A stretch of 64,000 nucleotides of DNA, taken from the NCBI GenBank assembly GCA_951406725.2, contig OX597831.1:44826001-44890000 (forward strand), read 5' to 3'. Positions 1 through 14,131 of the stretch are shown here, piece by piece. The notes under the pieces were generated by a model, which made no database searches, was not told where the DNA came from, and saw only the letters and a program-made list of their open reading frames with translations. Position 1 is the first letter of the stretch. Each line of letters starts with the position of its first letter. Source of the DNA: Octopus vulgaris (lineage: Eukaryota). The translations under genes were made by a program, and so were the position numbers.

Positions 1-986
1 TCTGCTTCAGTAGATCTAAAGATCAAAGTTAGGCAAATTTCTGATCAATATTTAGATTTCGTTTTTGTATTTGGTGTGCAAGATTCTTGATGTGAACTCA
101 TGTATTAGGCTACAGCATTGAAGAGGGTGCAGATAGAGATGAAAGAACTTTGATAAACTTAGCTCATTGATTGATTGACTGAATGACTAATCAAACAATT
201 GATTAGTTAAATGGTTAAATAGTCAACCCATTCACAAATAAAAAAAGGAAGAAGTGAAAAAAGAATCAGTGTGGCATAATGACCCTCCCAAGATAGAAAA
301 ACAAATATATAGATGATCAATAAGTATCAGATGTACTGAGAATAGAACTAAGATATTTTTAATTGGTATTTTAGCACTAGTTACTCTTTTACAATTTTAC
401 TCTTTTACTTAGCAGTTCAGCAAAAGAGACCAATAGAATAAGTACTAGGCTTACAAAGAATAAGTCCTGGGGTCGATTTGCTTGACTAAAGGTGGTGCTC
501 CAGCATGGCTGCAGTCAAATGACTGAAACAAGTAAAAGAGCAAAAAGAGTAAAAGAGATGGGATCTGACAAATATTTTGCACTTTATAAAGCTTCTTTAA
601 AACATTTTTAAATCATGAAAATAACTAAAAATAACTAAATGATTTGTGAGATGGATGAGATGGTTTGCAATGCTTTAGAACCAATTGATTTTACAACAGA
701 ATGTTCTCCCTACACTGAGTCCTGTTGCTTGCTTTTCGAAGCTGGATCCTGCGTATGGTGTTCTCTTCTCTGAGGATGTGGTTGGGATGTGGTTGGCGAT
801 GTGCCACATGGTCATGACGGATGAGGAAACATCTCATGGAGATGGGGACTGACTGCTGAGAGGGGTTACCGAGGATGACCCAAGCAAATACTGACAAACG
901 GTGGATGCAGTGATGTGCTGCAATGGCATATACCTCTCCTGAATTGGTCTCTAAGTTTGGGTATTTTTTGTTCGTTTTCTTTTCAG

Positions 987-1120
987 CAGTCACCTGACAG
1001 TCGAAAGACTAGTAAGAAAAGGAAAAAGATGACGAAAATTAAAGATTACAATGCTCCTAAATGTATTCCATTTGGTGAAAATCAAATGATTTATGGAGAA
1101 ACACCAGTGGCAGTTGTGAG
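987..1120 (+). CDS. Internal coding exon of an unidentified gene (upstream exons lie outside the window)
   Basis: Polypyrimidine tract plus tandem acceptor ttttcagCAG (exon starts 987 or 990, phase 0). Open frame QSPDSRKTSKKRKKMTKIKDYNAPKCIPFGENQMIYGETPVAVV. Donor AG|gtaggc at 1120/1121 (phase 2) matches the next exon. Confidence 0.75.
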
Positions 1121-3610
1121 GTAGGCTGATTTGATTATTATTACTATGTGTGAGTGTGTGTGTGTGCATCTACTCATCTGCATTCTAAGAAACACATGCA
1201 TAGAGAGGGATGCTTTGATTGTTATTACCTTATGTGTGTGTGGGGGGGAACGTACCCAGCTGTGCTCTAACACATGCACACATGCACACGTATGCAAACA
1301 GAGAGAGAGAGAGAGAGAGAGGCTTTGATTATTATCACACATGTAAACACACACATACACACACACACATGCATATACATGTAGACACACACACACACAC
1401 ATACACACATAGTGGGGTTGAAATGTTGAAATATTTCATACCCTGCCAAGCTTACGTTTGCCTTCCTCTCCCCTTATGCCCTTGACTCTCCTGCCTCTCC
1501 ACTACATGTTGACTACATCATCTTCCTCACTCCATCCCTCTGCCCTTTACCCATTACTAAGCTTACATATATGAAGCTGTATTGGTCCCCAATCATTGCC
1601 CTACCCTATACATGCTAACTTTACTCTGCTGTCCTGCCAGTCATCACTCTCTCTCCCCTGTAGACCAACTCTGTTACCACTTTTCACCTACTTTTGGTTA
1701 CATCTCATCACCCACCCTTATCTTTGTCCACCTCTGCTATTGCTTATCACTCCCCTCTTGACTTCACCTCAAATAGCCCTGCCATTTGCCATGATACTGT
1801 CACGTGGAGTTGTGGAGAGCATGAGGTTATCCCTGAAAATTACCTTTAGTCCCTGGTCTGTTCTGACCAAAAAAAGTAGTTGTAGTCAGGGTTCCATCTA
1901 TGTATTAAATAGATTTCCCAGAGGTAAAGGAGGCTCCCATTATTTTTGACAAAGCTGGTTAGAAGGCAGCTCTTATAGGAGGAAAATACTCTGACATTAA
2001 ACTTGCAGTCAAAATAGTGTTGTACTGAAATGGTATACCGCTTCCCACGTGGAAAAATGGTATGAACCAGCCACTATAAAGTCATACAGTCAGTCAGTTG
2101 TAGAGTCATAGGAGTTCTCAGTTGGAGTCAGTGTCAGTTACGTGATATATACGAGTTTGAATTACCATCAAGGCAGACGTTTCAAAGTCGTTGCCTTGTG
2201 GAGCTATCAGCGATAGCATGATATACGAGTCAAAGATAATAAGATGCAGAATATCGCCACAACATAATAGTGGCAACAAGAATATTACAGTGCCAACAAC
2301 AGCATACAAATGGATGAGGATCCACATTATAACAAAAAGTACCAGTTATATTGCGATGCTTGTCACTGGGACCTACAATTCTTTCATTTTTTTCATTTGC
2401 TTCAGTCATTTGACTGTAGCCATACTGGAGCACTCCCTTTAGTCAAACAAATTGACCCCAGGACTTATTCTTTGTAAGCCTAGTACTTATTCTATTAATC
2501 TCTTTTGCCAAGCCACTAAGTTACGGGGATGTAAACACACCAACATCGGTTGTCAAGCGATGGTGGGGGACAAACACATATACAAACATATACATATACA
2601 TATACATATAACGGGAAGGTTTACAAAAATAAACAAAAGACGAAGGCAGGTGGAGTATGACTGGCTTCTTTCAGATTCCGTCTACCAAATCCACTCACAA
2701 GGCTTTGGTTTGCCTGAGGCTATAGTAGAAGACACTTGCCCAAGGTGCCATACAGTGGGACTGAACCCAGAACCATGTGGTTGGTAAGCAAGCTACTTAC
2801 CACACAGCCACTCTTTCACCTTTGAGGATGTAGAAAATAGCAAAAGTGTTGTACAAGCTTTTGTCACTTAAATCCAATGCCATGCAGATGTCTCGCTATC
2901 ATTTCATTTCTTAACTGAATGCGAGACACCAACCATCTGACTGAATGAAGCAATCATCATCATCATATACATATAAATAAATATATAGTTATATAACATA
3001 TTGTTGTTGTTTGGTTCCTTCTCGAGCCATGCCTGGCTCATAAGGGCTGGTTTCCTGGTTTCCTTGACGTATAGGTTCCCCACCTGGATGGGACGCCGGT
3101 TCGTCACAGGTGAACTGCAAGATGCAGGAGGAAGGAGTGAGAGAAAGTTGTGGCGAAAGAGTCAGCAGAAGTTCGCCATTATCTTCTGCTGGAGCTGCGT
3201 GGAGCTTAGGTGTTTCACTCATAAACACACACATCGCCTGGTCTGAGATTCGAACCCGCGATCCCTCAAATGTAAGTCCGCTGCTCTAACCACTAGGCCA
3301 TGTGCCTCCATATAATATATAGTATGTATATATATTTTACTGTGAATGGTTTTGTTAAGCAGTGCTGATTTTTACAATTCTGTAAATAATATAGTATTTT
3401 ATAAGCTTAAAGCTTATAACATTCACCGTGCAATGACTAAAGAAAAGAGTCTAATAATAGGGCATATAAGCCTCTCAATGGAGAAAAAGTAGGTTTTCCT
3501 GTATGCATGGGACTTGAACCCACACCTCTCTGTTTATGTGACCGAGTGTGCTACTAATTACACTAGTGAACCTAGCTGCATTTTTCTGTCAGATTTAAGA
3601 ACTATAATTA

Positions 3611-4132
3611 CCGTAAATCTTTGAGTATAGTCCGCCCTTGAGTATAATACGCTGGGGATTTTTAAGGGGCTGTACCTCTGAAAAACCTAAACCTTGTGTA
3701 TAATACGCACCCCTTCTCTAACTTGAGTCGTGCGTAATTAAGCCAGCAGCACCTAGTCGAACAAACACTTCCGCACATGCGTAATACAATAACGGTGATG
3801 TTCTTAACTGTTATATGGGAATGTAAATATGTTTGCAAATTGTTTTTGTTATATGTTATTCTGTGTTCTGAATACTTTTATTTTAATAACTGTTGCTTAC
3901 TGCAAGTTATGGATGATTCTTTTATGACTTCATTGCTTTCAGGCTTAGCTTAAGGTATTTCCACGCCTGACATCACAAAATGCGTCTGAGTAAACATTGT
4001 CGGACAGCAAATAGAGACACGGACATTGCTTAGAAAATATTTTTCATTTTTAACCTCGTATATAATATGCACTAGGGATTTTGACCTTTAAATTTTGGGG
4101 AAAAAATGCGGATTATACATGAAGATTTATGG
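3611..4132. mobile_element. Tc1/mariner-superfamily MITE (CCGTA termini, Tc2-like), copy 1
   Basis: TA|CCGTAAATC...GATTTATGG|TA. Both ends are near-identical to the copy at 53475-53986. Confidence 0.8.
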
Positions 4133-4224
4133 TAGTTTGTAGTTGGTTTTGTAAACAAACTATCATGTGCTTTTACTTTTTTGTGTGAGTTAATTATTAC
4201 ATTACATTCTGTTTATTTCATTAG

Positions 4225-4412
4225 GGACCACTTGTCAAAAATGGTTGAAACTTTACAATTTTCATCACTTGAGGAACTTTGTCAATCAATAATTAAAATG
4301 TCTGCTGAAAATCGAGCCGAACTATTACAGCAATTCTATACCAAAATGTATGGCTCACAAATATCTACCGTATTCCAAAAACTTCCACGATTTTCGAAGA
4401 GTTTATCAACAG
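4225..4412 (+). CDS. Internal coding exon of the same unidentified gene
   Basis: Acceptor tttatttcattag| (phase 2, completes Arg). Frame DHLSKMVETLQFSSLEELCQSIIKMSAENRAELLQQFYTKMYGSQISTVFQKLPRFSKSLST. Donor AG|gtaggt (phase 1). Confidence 0.78.
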
Positions 4413-4449
4413 GTAGGTTAACCTTTCAATATATATTCAATGTACAGGT

Positions 4450-4765
4450 GAGGCAGTGTGGTAAAAAGTGCCTTCGAACTTTAGGTCTCACCGAGGAAAT
4501 GACTAGAGACCGAGACCTTTGGAAGTATGCTGTGCGTGAGAAGACCCGGCAGGACAAGTGAAACCATAACCCGTGGCCTCTACCTGGGATATAGCCAGTC
4601 CAATTATGCCAGTCCACTTATGCATACCTTTCCTTCTTGGGACACAAAACTCTACTTGTGAAGACCTGTTGAGGCAAGTGAAAATCAAAATTAAAATCAA
4701 AATCGATCAACATCAATGAAAATTGTAGCTGTGATACCAGTGTCGGTGGCACATAAGAGAACCAT
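4450..4765 (+). mobile_element. RTE-like LINE 3' fragment
   Basis: LRTLGLTEEMTRDRDLWKYAVREK resembles the RTE ORF C-terminus (D-R-x-x-W motif), followed by UTR-like sequence. Confidence 0.5.
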
Positions 4766-4869
4766 GTGTGTAGTGGGTGCTTTTTACATGTTGGTTTGTT
4801 TGTGTCCCCATAACTTAGCAGCTTGACAAGAAAAAGACTGATAGAATAAGTTGGCTTGTTCCACTAAAC

Positions 4870-5647
4870 CATAGGTTCTCAAAATGGGTCCTCCCCCAAC
4901 CGTGGGCGTTGAGATGGTCCAGGTAGGTACTGGTGCAAATGGGGGCAGTTGGGTCGGTCAAGAAAAAGGAGGTGTTGAGAGGAAGGCAGTGGATTGGGGG
5001 ACGCTATGAATTTATTATAATATTATCATAGTATTTCTCTTTTACTCTTTTACTTGTTTGTTATTTGATTGTGGCCATGCTGGAGCACCGCCTTTAGTCG
5101 AGCAAATTGACCCCAGGTCTTACTGTTTGGAAGCCTCGTATTTATTCTATTAGTCTCTTTTGCCGAACCGCTAGGTTATGGGGATGTAAACATACCACCG
5201 TTGGTTGTCAAGCGATATTGGGGGGACAAACACTGACACACAAACATATACACACACACATATATATATATACATATATACGATGGGCTTCTTTCAGTTT
5301 CCATCTACCAAATCCACTCACAAGGCTTTGGTCGGCCTTAGCTATAGTAGAAGACACTTGCCCAAGGTGCCACGCAGTGGGACTGAACCTGGAACAATCT
5401 GATTGGTAAGCAAGCTACTTACCACACAGCCACTCCTGTACCTATACACAGCCACTCCTGCGCCTATATACAGCCACTCCTGCTGTATGCAAATTATATA
5501 ATATTATATTAAATATCAAATGACTCATAGTATATATAAATTAGTGAAATATAAAATATTTATTTATACATAAAAATAGGGTGGTGTGCTGAAGGTATTA
5601 TATGGCTATGAGTGGGGTGGAAGCCCCAAAAAGTTTGAGAACCTCTG
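4870..5647. mobile_element. hAT-type MITE with a nested SINE
   Basis: TIRs cataggttctcaaa / tttgagaacctctg. Perfect 8-bp TSD cactaaac (4862-4869, 5648-5655). Confidence 0.8.
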
Positions 5648-6082
5648 CACTAAACCCTTCAAGGTAGTGTCTGCTGCAGCATGGCCACAGTCCAATGACA
5701 TCATCTACATTGATGACAACGATGATTGTCATCATTATGGTGGTAGTAGTGGTGATGATGATAATGATTACAACAACATGATTGGTACTTATTTTACTGG
5801 TTATTGTGAGATAAAGCGACATTTTATTCCTAACAATATTTGAATTCAGTTCCAATATCTGGAGACTGATCGATACCCCATGACCCCCAGGTGGGCGTCT
5901 GATATTTTATTGACTTGGATACTCAATCTATGTATTGTACTTGTTCTGTAAATAGAATTAATATAGCCTTGCTTGTTCAAAAATATGGGATGGTCATGGT
6001 TGGAATGCCTTTGCTGATTGTTCTCTTTCCATCACAAAGTTAAAAACGTTTTCCAGTCTGTTAACAAAATTCTTATTTGTAG

Positions 6083-6543
6083 GTTCCAGTCAAGAAGAAA
6101 GTGGTCAAAACCAGCAGAAGAAGGATTCTCGGTTAACGACACAAGACAACGATCAGGTGGATGCTGTAAAAAAATCATTGAATTCTAAAACATGTCGAAA
6201 GAAATTTACTAAGCTCCATCACACTCATAGAACGAAATCAGACTTTGGAAATCCTTTTGCTTCTCCTACAGCTTCAACATCGAAAACAAGCGACAGTGCA
6301 TGTGGAAATCGGAAATACTTGCATCATCGGCATCTTGTTTCAGATGTAAAATATTCTTCCAACACAGGTAATTCTAATAGCAGCTTGGACTCAGAGAATC
6401 CAGAAACCAACTTACCAACTGTACCAGTTGATTCTGAAGCTGTGATATTTACCGAAGCGGACGATATTTTCTTTTCAGAGTCTAACCCAACCAACACACA
6501 TCGAAAACCTCCACCTAAATCAAAGTTAAAATTCAAAAGATAA
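6083..6543 (+). CDS. Terminal coding exon of the same gene; Ser/Thr/Lys-rich, probably disordered C-terminus
   Basis: Acceptor ttcttatttgtag| (phase 1, completes Gly). The frame is open to TAA at 6541-6543 and ends ...HRKPPPKSKLKFKR. All three exon phases are concordant. Confidence 0.75.
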
Positions 6544-7326
6544 ACAAACTTCCATATTTAACACTCCAATTAGCTTCTGCATTTATTGGCCTTTGCTCCT
6601 CAGAGCTGGCAGGGGAGGGGTCTCATACCACTTCCAGCCTGGTATTTTCTGACTGACTTATCTCTCCTTTATTCATAACCTTTATTGTGTTTAACTCCTT
6701 CCCTTACCCATGCTCTCATCATTATTAAGGGTCCTTTCTTGGAATTCACACCCTGCTCTCACATCACAGAATGAGATAGATGATTGAGCTGAATTGTTTA
6801 TTTGATTTGGTTTGGTTGACTGGACACATGGAATCTGTTTTGGTGACAATACCTTTTAGTACTGGAGGCAAACACTCCCCCCCTCATACACACACATGCA
6901 GAAATATACACATTCAGTTGGGGGAGAGTGAGAGATTAAAATTTATCAATTGAATGTCTCCTCATACACATAAAGAGAAATATCCTTACACATTAACTGA
7001 GAGAGAACATGAGAGAGAGAAGAAGTGAGGGAGAGACAAAAAGAAAGAAAAGGAGAGGAAGAGGGAAAGAGCGTGACAAAAAGAAAGAAAAGGAAAGAAA
7101 GGGAGGAGTCTTAAAATGTCTGATGCCATCAACAAATTTTTTATCAGCTCCATAAAAGCATGAAAAGTGGACATTAAAACAATAATGATAATAATGATGA
7201 TGGCAGTGGCGGTGGCGGCGGTGGTGGTGGTGATGGTGATGATGATGGTGATGATGATGGTGATGATGATGGTGATGAGTGGGGGTGAGGATCACAGTGA
7301 TGTGGTGCCTTTCTTGTATGAATGTA

Positions 7327-8566
7327 TCAGGTCATCCCATAAATTAATGTTCGAAAAATCATGTATGTAATTTCTATCGAATTTTACAATATTCTAAAAT
7401 GTCAAATGGAATTGATTGACACACATATGAATTTGGAAACTTTTAACTAAATATAATTTCATTTAACAGAATAATCTGACTGAGTTAATTACTAATATTA
7501 ATCCCTCAAAGACGGATGTATCGAAGGAACATTTAAGGCACATAATGCTTTATGAGTTCAAAAAGGGAAACTGTAGCAAAAGCAACCTGAAATATCTGTT
7601 TAGTTTATGGGGATGAGTGCTTGAGTGAAGTTGCAGAAGATAGGTTGAAAAGGTCAAAAATGGTGATTTCAGCCAAAGAGAGAGGGTAGGAATAGGACAC
7701 CCTATTGAATTTGATGAGAAGCTTCTTTTCTTAGAGCTTGTGGAGGATAATGCTGTGTCAGTCTAAGAATTGGCAAGCAAGCTCAATTCAAGCCATTCAA
7801 CTGTTCACCACCATCAACAGCTTATAAAGGTACCCAAACTTGGAAAATGGGTTCCTTGTGATTTGACATAAGCCAACCGAAAATCACAAGTGGACATCTG
7901 CTCATTTCTTCACTCTCGTGAAAGTATCTCACCATTCTTGGACAGATTAGTGACTGGTGATGAAAAATGGATATTTTATGAAAATGTTATTAAGCTATGC
8001 AGGTAATGGCTTAGTTGTGGAGAACAGGCTAAACCACAACCCCCCAAAAAACCTTCATGTAAAAAAAAAATTCTTTTTGTTTGGTGGAATTGCATTGGAG
8101 TCATCTACTTTGAGCTTCTGCCAACTAAAGCAACAATTACTGGTCTATTACAAGCAATTAGAGCATTTGGATGCTGCTCTGAAGCTAAAAAAAGGCTTGC
8201 TTTAGTAAATCATGAGGGTGTGGTGTCTCATCATGATAATGCAAAACCCCACACTTCAAAGATTACATCAGAAAAAAAAAGTCAAAGAACTTGACTGGGA
8301 AAAATCCCTCCTTTACTTTATTCCCTGGTTCCCTCTGATTACCATTTGTTTTGAAGCTTACTGAATCATTTAGATGGATTAATACTAAGAAACCCGAAAG
8401 AAGTCGAAACTGACCTCTTTTCCTTCTCATTAAAAACAAAAGCAAATGGAAAGAAGTCATTGATAATGACTGAAATTACATACAAGATTAAATTTTTTAA
8501 AAATGTAAAATTAGATCACTTTTTTTCTTTACCCAAAATTTGAACATTACTTATAGGATGACCTAA
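7327..8566 (+). mobile_element. Degenerate full-length mariner transposon (~1.24 kb)
   Basis: TIRs tcaggtcatcccataaattaatgttc / gaacattacttataggatgacctaa, flanked by TA. Frameshifted transposase motifs GKWVP (~7840), VTGDEKWIFY (~7950), HHDNAKPH (~8230), PSDYHLF (~8330). Confidence 0.88.
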
Positions 8567-11500
8567 TATTTGTGAGTAGTTATGCTGTATGTGTGAGGAA
8601 ACGATTTACCACAGATATCTCTGTGATATTGTTACTTTCCATTATGAATGTGTTTGTGATTAATTAAGCTGCCCACATGGGACAATGGCTTATCACAGAT
8701 ATTAACAATGATATGGTTTCTCAAATACATCTTGGTTCTATTCTTATGTGATTCTATTCACAGAGCTGTTGAGGAATTGGTACCAGGATACTCTGGCACC
8801 AATGTGTTACCTATGAGAGACTGATGGCAAATCAGTAGAGTTTTTAAATTGTCGGACGGAATACTCTGTGGCATTTGTTCTGATTTTATGTGCTCTGAGT
8901 TCAAATCTTACCAAAGTCATCTTTGCCTTTCATCTTTTTGGGAGTCAACAAAAAAAAAAAAAGCACTGACCCAAAGTGCTGAATCAGCACATTTTTAACC
9001 CCCCACCCCCCACCAAAGAATGAAAGGCAAGGGCTGTAAGAACTTTAAGACTGGGTGCTTTGTGGTGTTTGTTCCAGCTTTTAGCATTCTGAGTTCAAAT
9101 CCTGTCATGGCCTACTTGACTGGTTCACTTAAATCTTTGCCTAGTTTAATGGCACCACCTGGCATCCTGAGTGCCTTTAGCAGGGTTTCCTCTCTTGCTA
9201 GCAGTCAGGACAGGTTTCTAGTTTGCTGATACCATCCACAGTGGCAGCATGTGGCTTAGGGGTTGGGGTGTTGGACTCATGATCGTAAGATTGTGGTTTT
9301 GATCCCTGGACCGGGTGACATGTGTTCTTGAACAAAACACTTCAGTTCATGTTTCTCCAGTCTACTCAGCTGGCAAAAATGAGTAATCCCATCCAGGTGG
9401 GGAATATATCTGCCATGAAACCAGGAAACCGGCCCAATTAAATTTACTTCTCAGAGAAACAAAATTGGTTCACACACATACCTTGCTTGAGTTCACTCCT
9501 TGCTCTGTGGCACTCATGGGCTACTTGCAGCCCACAGGATTTTCTGTATGGCAAGCCTCACAAAAATATTACCTAGAATTCTTTTAGTAGTATGGCCTAC
9601 CTAACGATGATCTATGGCTCATGCTGTCTACTTCTTGATAAAGGCTGCCCACGCTTGCTCTCTGGTATTCCCTACTGACCATTGGATCATGTTTGCTTGC
9701 TTGTTTTACTTGCTTGCTTCATGCTCTTGTTTGATGGGGTTGGGATCATCCCAGGTAGTGGTCCCAAAGTCGTCGTCATGCGAAGAGCCAACCATGTCCA
9801 CCAGTGCTCCCAATAACTGGTAGTCCTGTGCCAGTCCCTCAACATCCACTAAGATGATGCTGAACCTCTGGAAATCTTTCTTAAATTGGATCATTGATTA
9901 AATAAAAATCAATTTTCATATCAATGTAGATCCTCAAGTTATAATCTCTTATCTCAGTAGCATCACAATTCTGTCTTTCATTTAATGCAAAAATTCTTCC
10001 CACCATTTATTTACTCGAAGCCAGGGTTCAGTGTTTCTCAAAATGGGTTCCAGGCAAAAATTTCTGAGGTTTTGTACGATGAAACACCTTTTAATAAATC
10101 TTAATAAAATAATTTGTTTTATAAAAAAAAGGGTGTTTATTATTTCAAAGTAATATGTTATTATGTGCTTTTTAAAAATACAAATATATTCTTTTACTAA
10201 AAGCATTTTTTGTTTCATTTCATGTACATTTGAACTGTTCATGTGTAGAAGTAGAAATTCCAACATCTTCAGCCTGCAGAATATGACAATATCTCTCAAA
10301 GTATTGGTACTTTGACTCCTAGGCACTCATGAGAAATATTAATTGAGCAGGAGAGACTGTAGTTACTTATCTCACACCAAAATTACTAAATAATATATAT
10401 GTATATAACCATCTATGTATCATGTGTATACATCAGTGACAGGTCAGTTACTGCAATATTCACTCTGAGCCTTAACATCTCTTTATTGTGTTTTTAACAC
10501 AATAAACATTGGAGGGAGGTGATAAGCTGTCCTCACAGTGGCCAGATGCATTTCTGCCAATTTGAAACTTTTCAATAATGTGTACTTAGGGCTAGGTGCA
10601 TACTTGGATGTGAAGTCATCAGCTCCATTATAGGAAACAGTGAATAAGACATTCTTTGATGTTGTGAAAAGCTGCCCAGCTGAACAAATATCTGTAAAAG
10701 CATTGAAGCTGTATCAATTAAAATAGCCCTCTATCAATCATACTTAATGCATATGAACCATTAACAGGCAACTTATTGTCATATTCACTGTAAGATAACA
10801 TTTCTATTGGGCATGCTGTGTTAAAAACATAATAAATATTGAAGAGAGATGAAAAATCATCCCAGCAGTGGCCACTGAGAAGGCCGAAGCATTTTGGCCC
10901 TTTTCATTGAGGTGCACTTGCACCTTCACAAGAGTTTATCCCCTCCAGTATAGGAAATAATCGATAAGACATTCCCTGACATTGCAAATAGCTGCCTGAT
11001 AGAATAAAAATCTTGTATATGCACTTATGGTAATATTTAATTAAAATGATCAGTTATGTAACATACCTTATATATATATATATGTGTGTGTGTGTGTGAA
11101 TCGAACGGCTTTTGTGCGTTTCTTAAATGGCTTACAAACACCTTCCACGCTGCAATTGTTTTCGTTTCAGCACACAATCTCAGATCAAATCACTTGCTAT
11201 GCAAGTACATCTCTGTAAAATATATATATATATATATATTGATATATAGAGCATACCCTATTGATATATGGAGCAGTTTTCTTTGTCCAATAAAAACTTC
11301 ATCTTATGAAGTAGTAGCAACCTTATCTTGGAATGATATTTTGGAAAAGTAGGATAGGAAATAAGGTGCATAGGTAGGTAGGTAGTTATGGTAATTTCAT
11401 TTGAAAGTAGATATCAGGAATGATCTATGTGGAACAGGGAAGATTACTTGAAGGCCTTATCAAGATTAAAGCTGGGTTCCTTTTTTTTTCTTTCACCTTA

Positions 11501-13165
11501 CTATTATGACAAACCTTATTAAAAATATCTGATGTAGATCTTCAAGTAAAACTCAACTAGGTTTATCATTTTTTTTTTTCAGAGCTGGTGGTCAGTAACA
11601 TTATTTGTTACAAATTTCTAATGAGCCAGTCACTGGGTCATGGAATTTCTTGTGGTGAAAGTGCTTGTGCAGTTCTGGTGGAAGAACCACTAAGGATATA
11701 TTTTATTAAAAGATAATTTTTAAATTTTTGTGTGGATGTAAAAAATCAGTAAAAATGACACACACATACACAAACATATAGTATATATATGAGGCTGTGT
11801 GGCGTTCAAATTATAAATAAATAAAAAATACACATTAAGTACAGGACATCACCAACGAGTGAAAAATGCGTAAATACACGAGATATAAGTACAGGACAAA
11901 ATACCAAAAAAATACCTAGCCTTGTCCACAGGAAGTTCTTACATTTATATATAATTTCTGCGACTCCACTTTCTGTTTTTTTTCTCTCTTTCTATCCCTC
12001 TATAATCCTCTATATTTCCTTTTTCTCTCCCTCCTTCCTTGCTGTCCCCTGCCTATCTTTCTTTCGGTCCCTACTATCTTTTGTTCCTTCTCCCTTTTCC
12101 TCATCCTCTCGTTTGTCCCCCTTTCCTGCTGCCTATTGCTCACACGTGACTACAGGTCATTTTTCTCGCCTCTGATTTTTCTGAATGAGACGTCCAGATA
12201 GATGGATGTCATTTCTCTCGCCTCTCGACGTTTTTTCTCTTCTATTATTTTCTTCTTTTCTATTTATTCTATAGCTTTCAAAATTCTACCAGATGTTACC
12301 CATTACAATTCGTCTTGGTCTAACGGCCCTTAATATTTGTCTCCGTCGATTTTTTACTCTGTACGTCCACTGTTGTTGTTTGTTCGTTCGAAGTCTTAAC
12401 TTTCCACAAATTTTATATTCTTAATATTTCTGGATGCTGCGGTCTTATGAAGTTTTCCTATCTTGTTGAAAGCACGAAATAAGTTGTGGTAAAACAGTCG
12501 TGTACACACACACACACATGTAGAGATATATAAGTTAATGTGCATGCGTGCGCGTGCAGTCTGTATCTATTATAATGATATTTCTTTTATATTTTCCTCA
12601 AGAATATTGCCGAGGTGAGGCTGTTCTAATTTTCATTACTGTCTCTTTCTTCTTTTTCAGATGCTATGATGACAGCGATTTGTTTCGTTTTAATGTCTGT
12701 TTTTTGCTGTCACTCAATCAATAAACCCAAATCACTTTCCAAGCAAATACCTTGTAACTGACAAGAATTTATAGGGAGCAATTATGAAAATTTAGAATAC
12801 CGAACGATATATTATTCATATAGATAAAGCGGTGTTCTAGCATGGCTGCAGTCAAATGGCTAAAACAAGTAAAAGGATATAGTCAACAATTGATATTCCG
12901 GCATGACAAATGCCATAGTCATAGAATTACAAATAAATTATAAATAAGAGAATGGACGAAACAAATTATAATGGGTTATTAGATGTAATTCTATCGGCTA
13001 AATTCGGTGTCATTGTGTGACCTGAAAATACCTTAACAGGCTTTCATTCATTTAAAAATTCATGCAAAGACGAACGACGTCTTTTATGTGTGAAGCAGGA
13101 CTGAACCCAAGACCATGTGGTTGAAAAGTGACGCCTTATTTTACTCGCCCATATGCGTGCACTCG

Positions 13166-13196
<31 letters not shown>

Positions 13197-13896
13197 GTAT
13201 GATGGGCTTTCACCGAGTTTCCGTCTGTCACATTCACTCACAAAGCGTTGGTCAACCTGGAGCAATAATAGAAGATATTTGCCCAAGGTGTTGGGCAGCG
13301 GAACTTAAGTGAAAACCACGTTGTTATAAAGCAAGCCTCTTAACCATACATTCATGTATGCGTCTAGATGTATAAAAAAGACAAGACGGTCATGGTTAGA
13401 ATGCTTAATATCATAGATTTGCTAAGGCGGCGAGCTGGCAGAAACGTCAGCACGCCGGGTGAAATGCGTAGCCTTATTTCGTCTGCCGTTACGTTTTCAG
13501 TTCAAATTCCGCCGAGGACGACTTTGCCTTTCATCCTTTAAGTACCAGTTAACGCACTGGGGGTCGATATAATCGACTTAATCCGTCTGTCTGTCCTTGT
13601 TTGTCCTCTGTGTTTAGCCCCTTGTGGGTAGTAAAGAAATAGGTATTTCGTCTGGCGCTACGTTCTGAGTTCAAATTCCGCCGAGGTCGACTTTGCCTTT
13701 CATCCTTAAGTACCAGTTGCATGCTGAGGTCGATCTAGTCAACTGGTCCAGTCCTCAAAGATTTCGGGCCTTGTGCATAGAGTAGAAAAGAATGTCATAG
13801 TTCTGCTAAATCGGAGCTAACATTGGGGTTAAATGACAAACAATTAGATAAACATTATTATGAAAAACAAAAGCCAAAATGAATATCTTATAAAGC

Positions 13897-13902
13897 TTTA
13901 TT
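13897..13902 (-). terminator. Probable ODH polyadenylation signal
   Basis: AATAAA on the minus strand ~230 nt after the stop, followed by a T/GT-rich tract (ttttggcttttgttttt). Confidence 0.55.
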
Positions 13903-14131
13903 CGTGGAGGGTAAACAAGAACATTGAGATTAGTCAACTATTTTAGTTGTTGTTATCTCCTACCAAGCGATTTCAGTTCTAATAAATAAGTTTAGAGTTT
14001 ATCATTTCAGTACAAATTTTAGAATTTCAGTTTATCGTTTCCTTTTTCCTATAAATAACGAGAATACACATGCCAAGTAATGCAGAAAATTAATTACTGC
14101 AGTGATTACTATCGGAGAATCAATAAGGAAT

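Noticed and set aside
3500-3575. tRNA-like sequence on the minus strand (also ~26560-26635 on +)
   Set aside because: D and T arms are present but the acceptor stem does not pair. These are SINE heads or pseudo-tRNAs, not tRNA genes.
6993-7370. Poly-His / poly-Met-Val ORFs (also 51066-51443)
   Set aside because: Trinucleotide microsatellites without splice or homology support.
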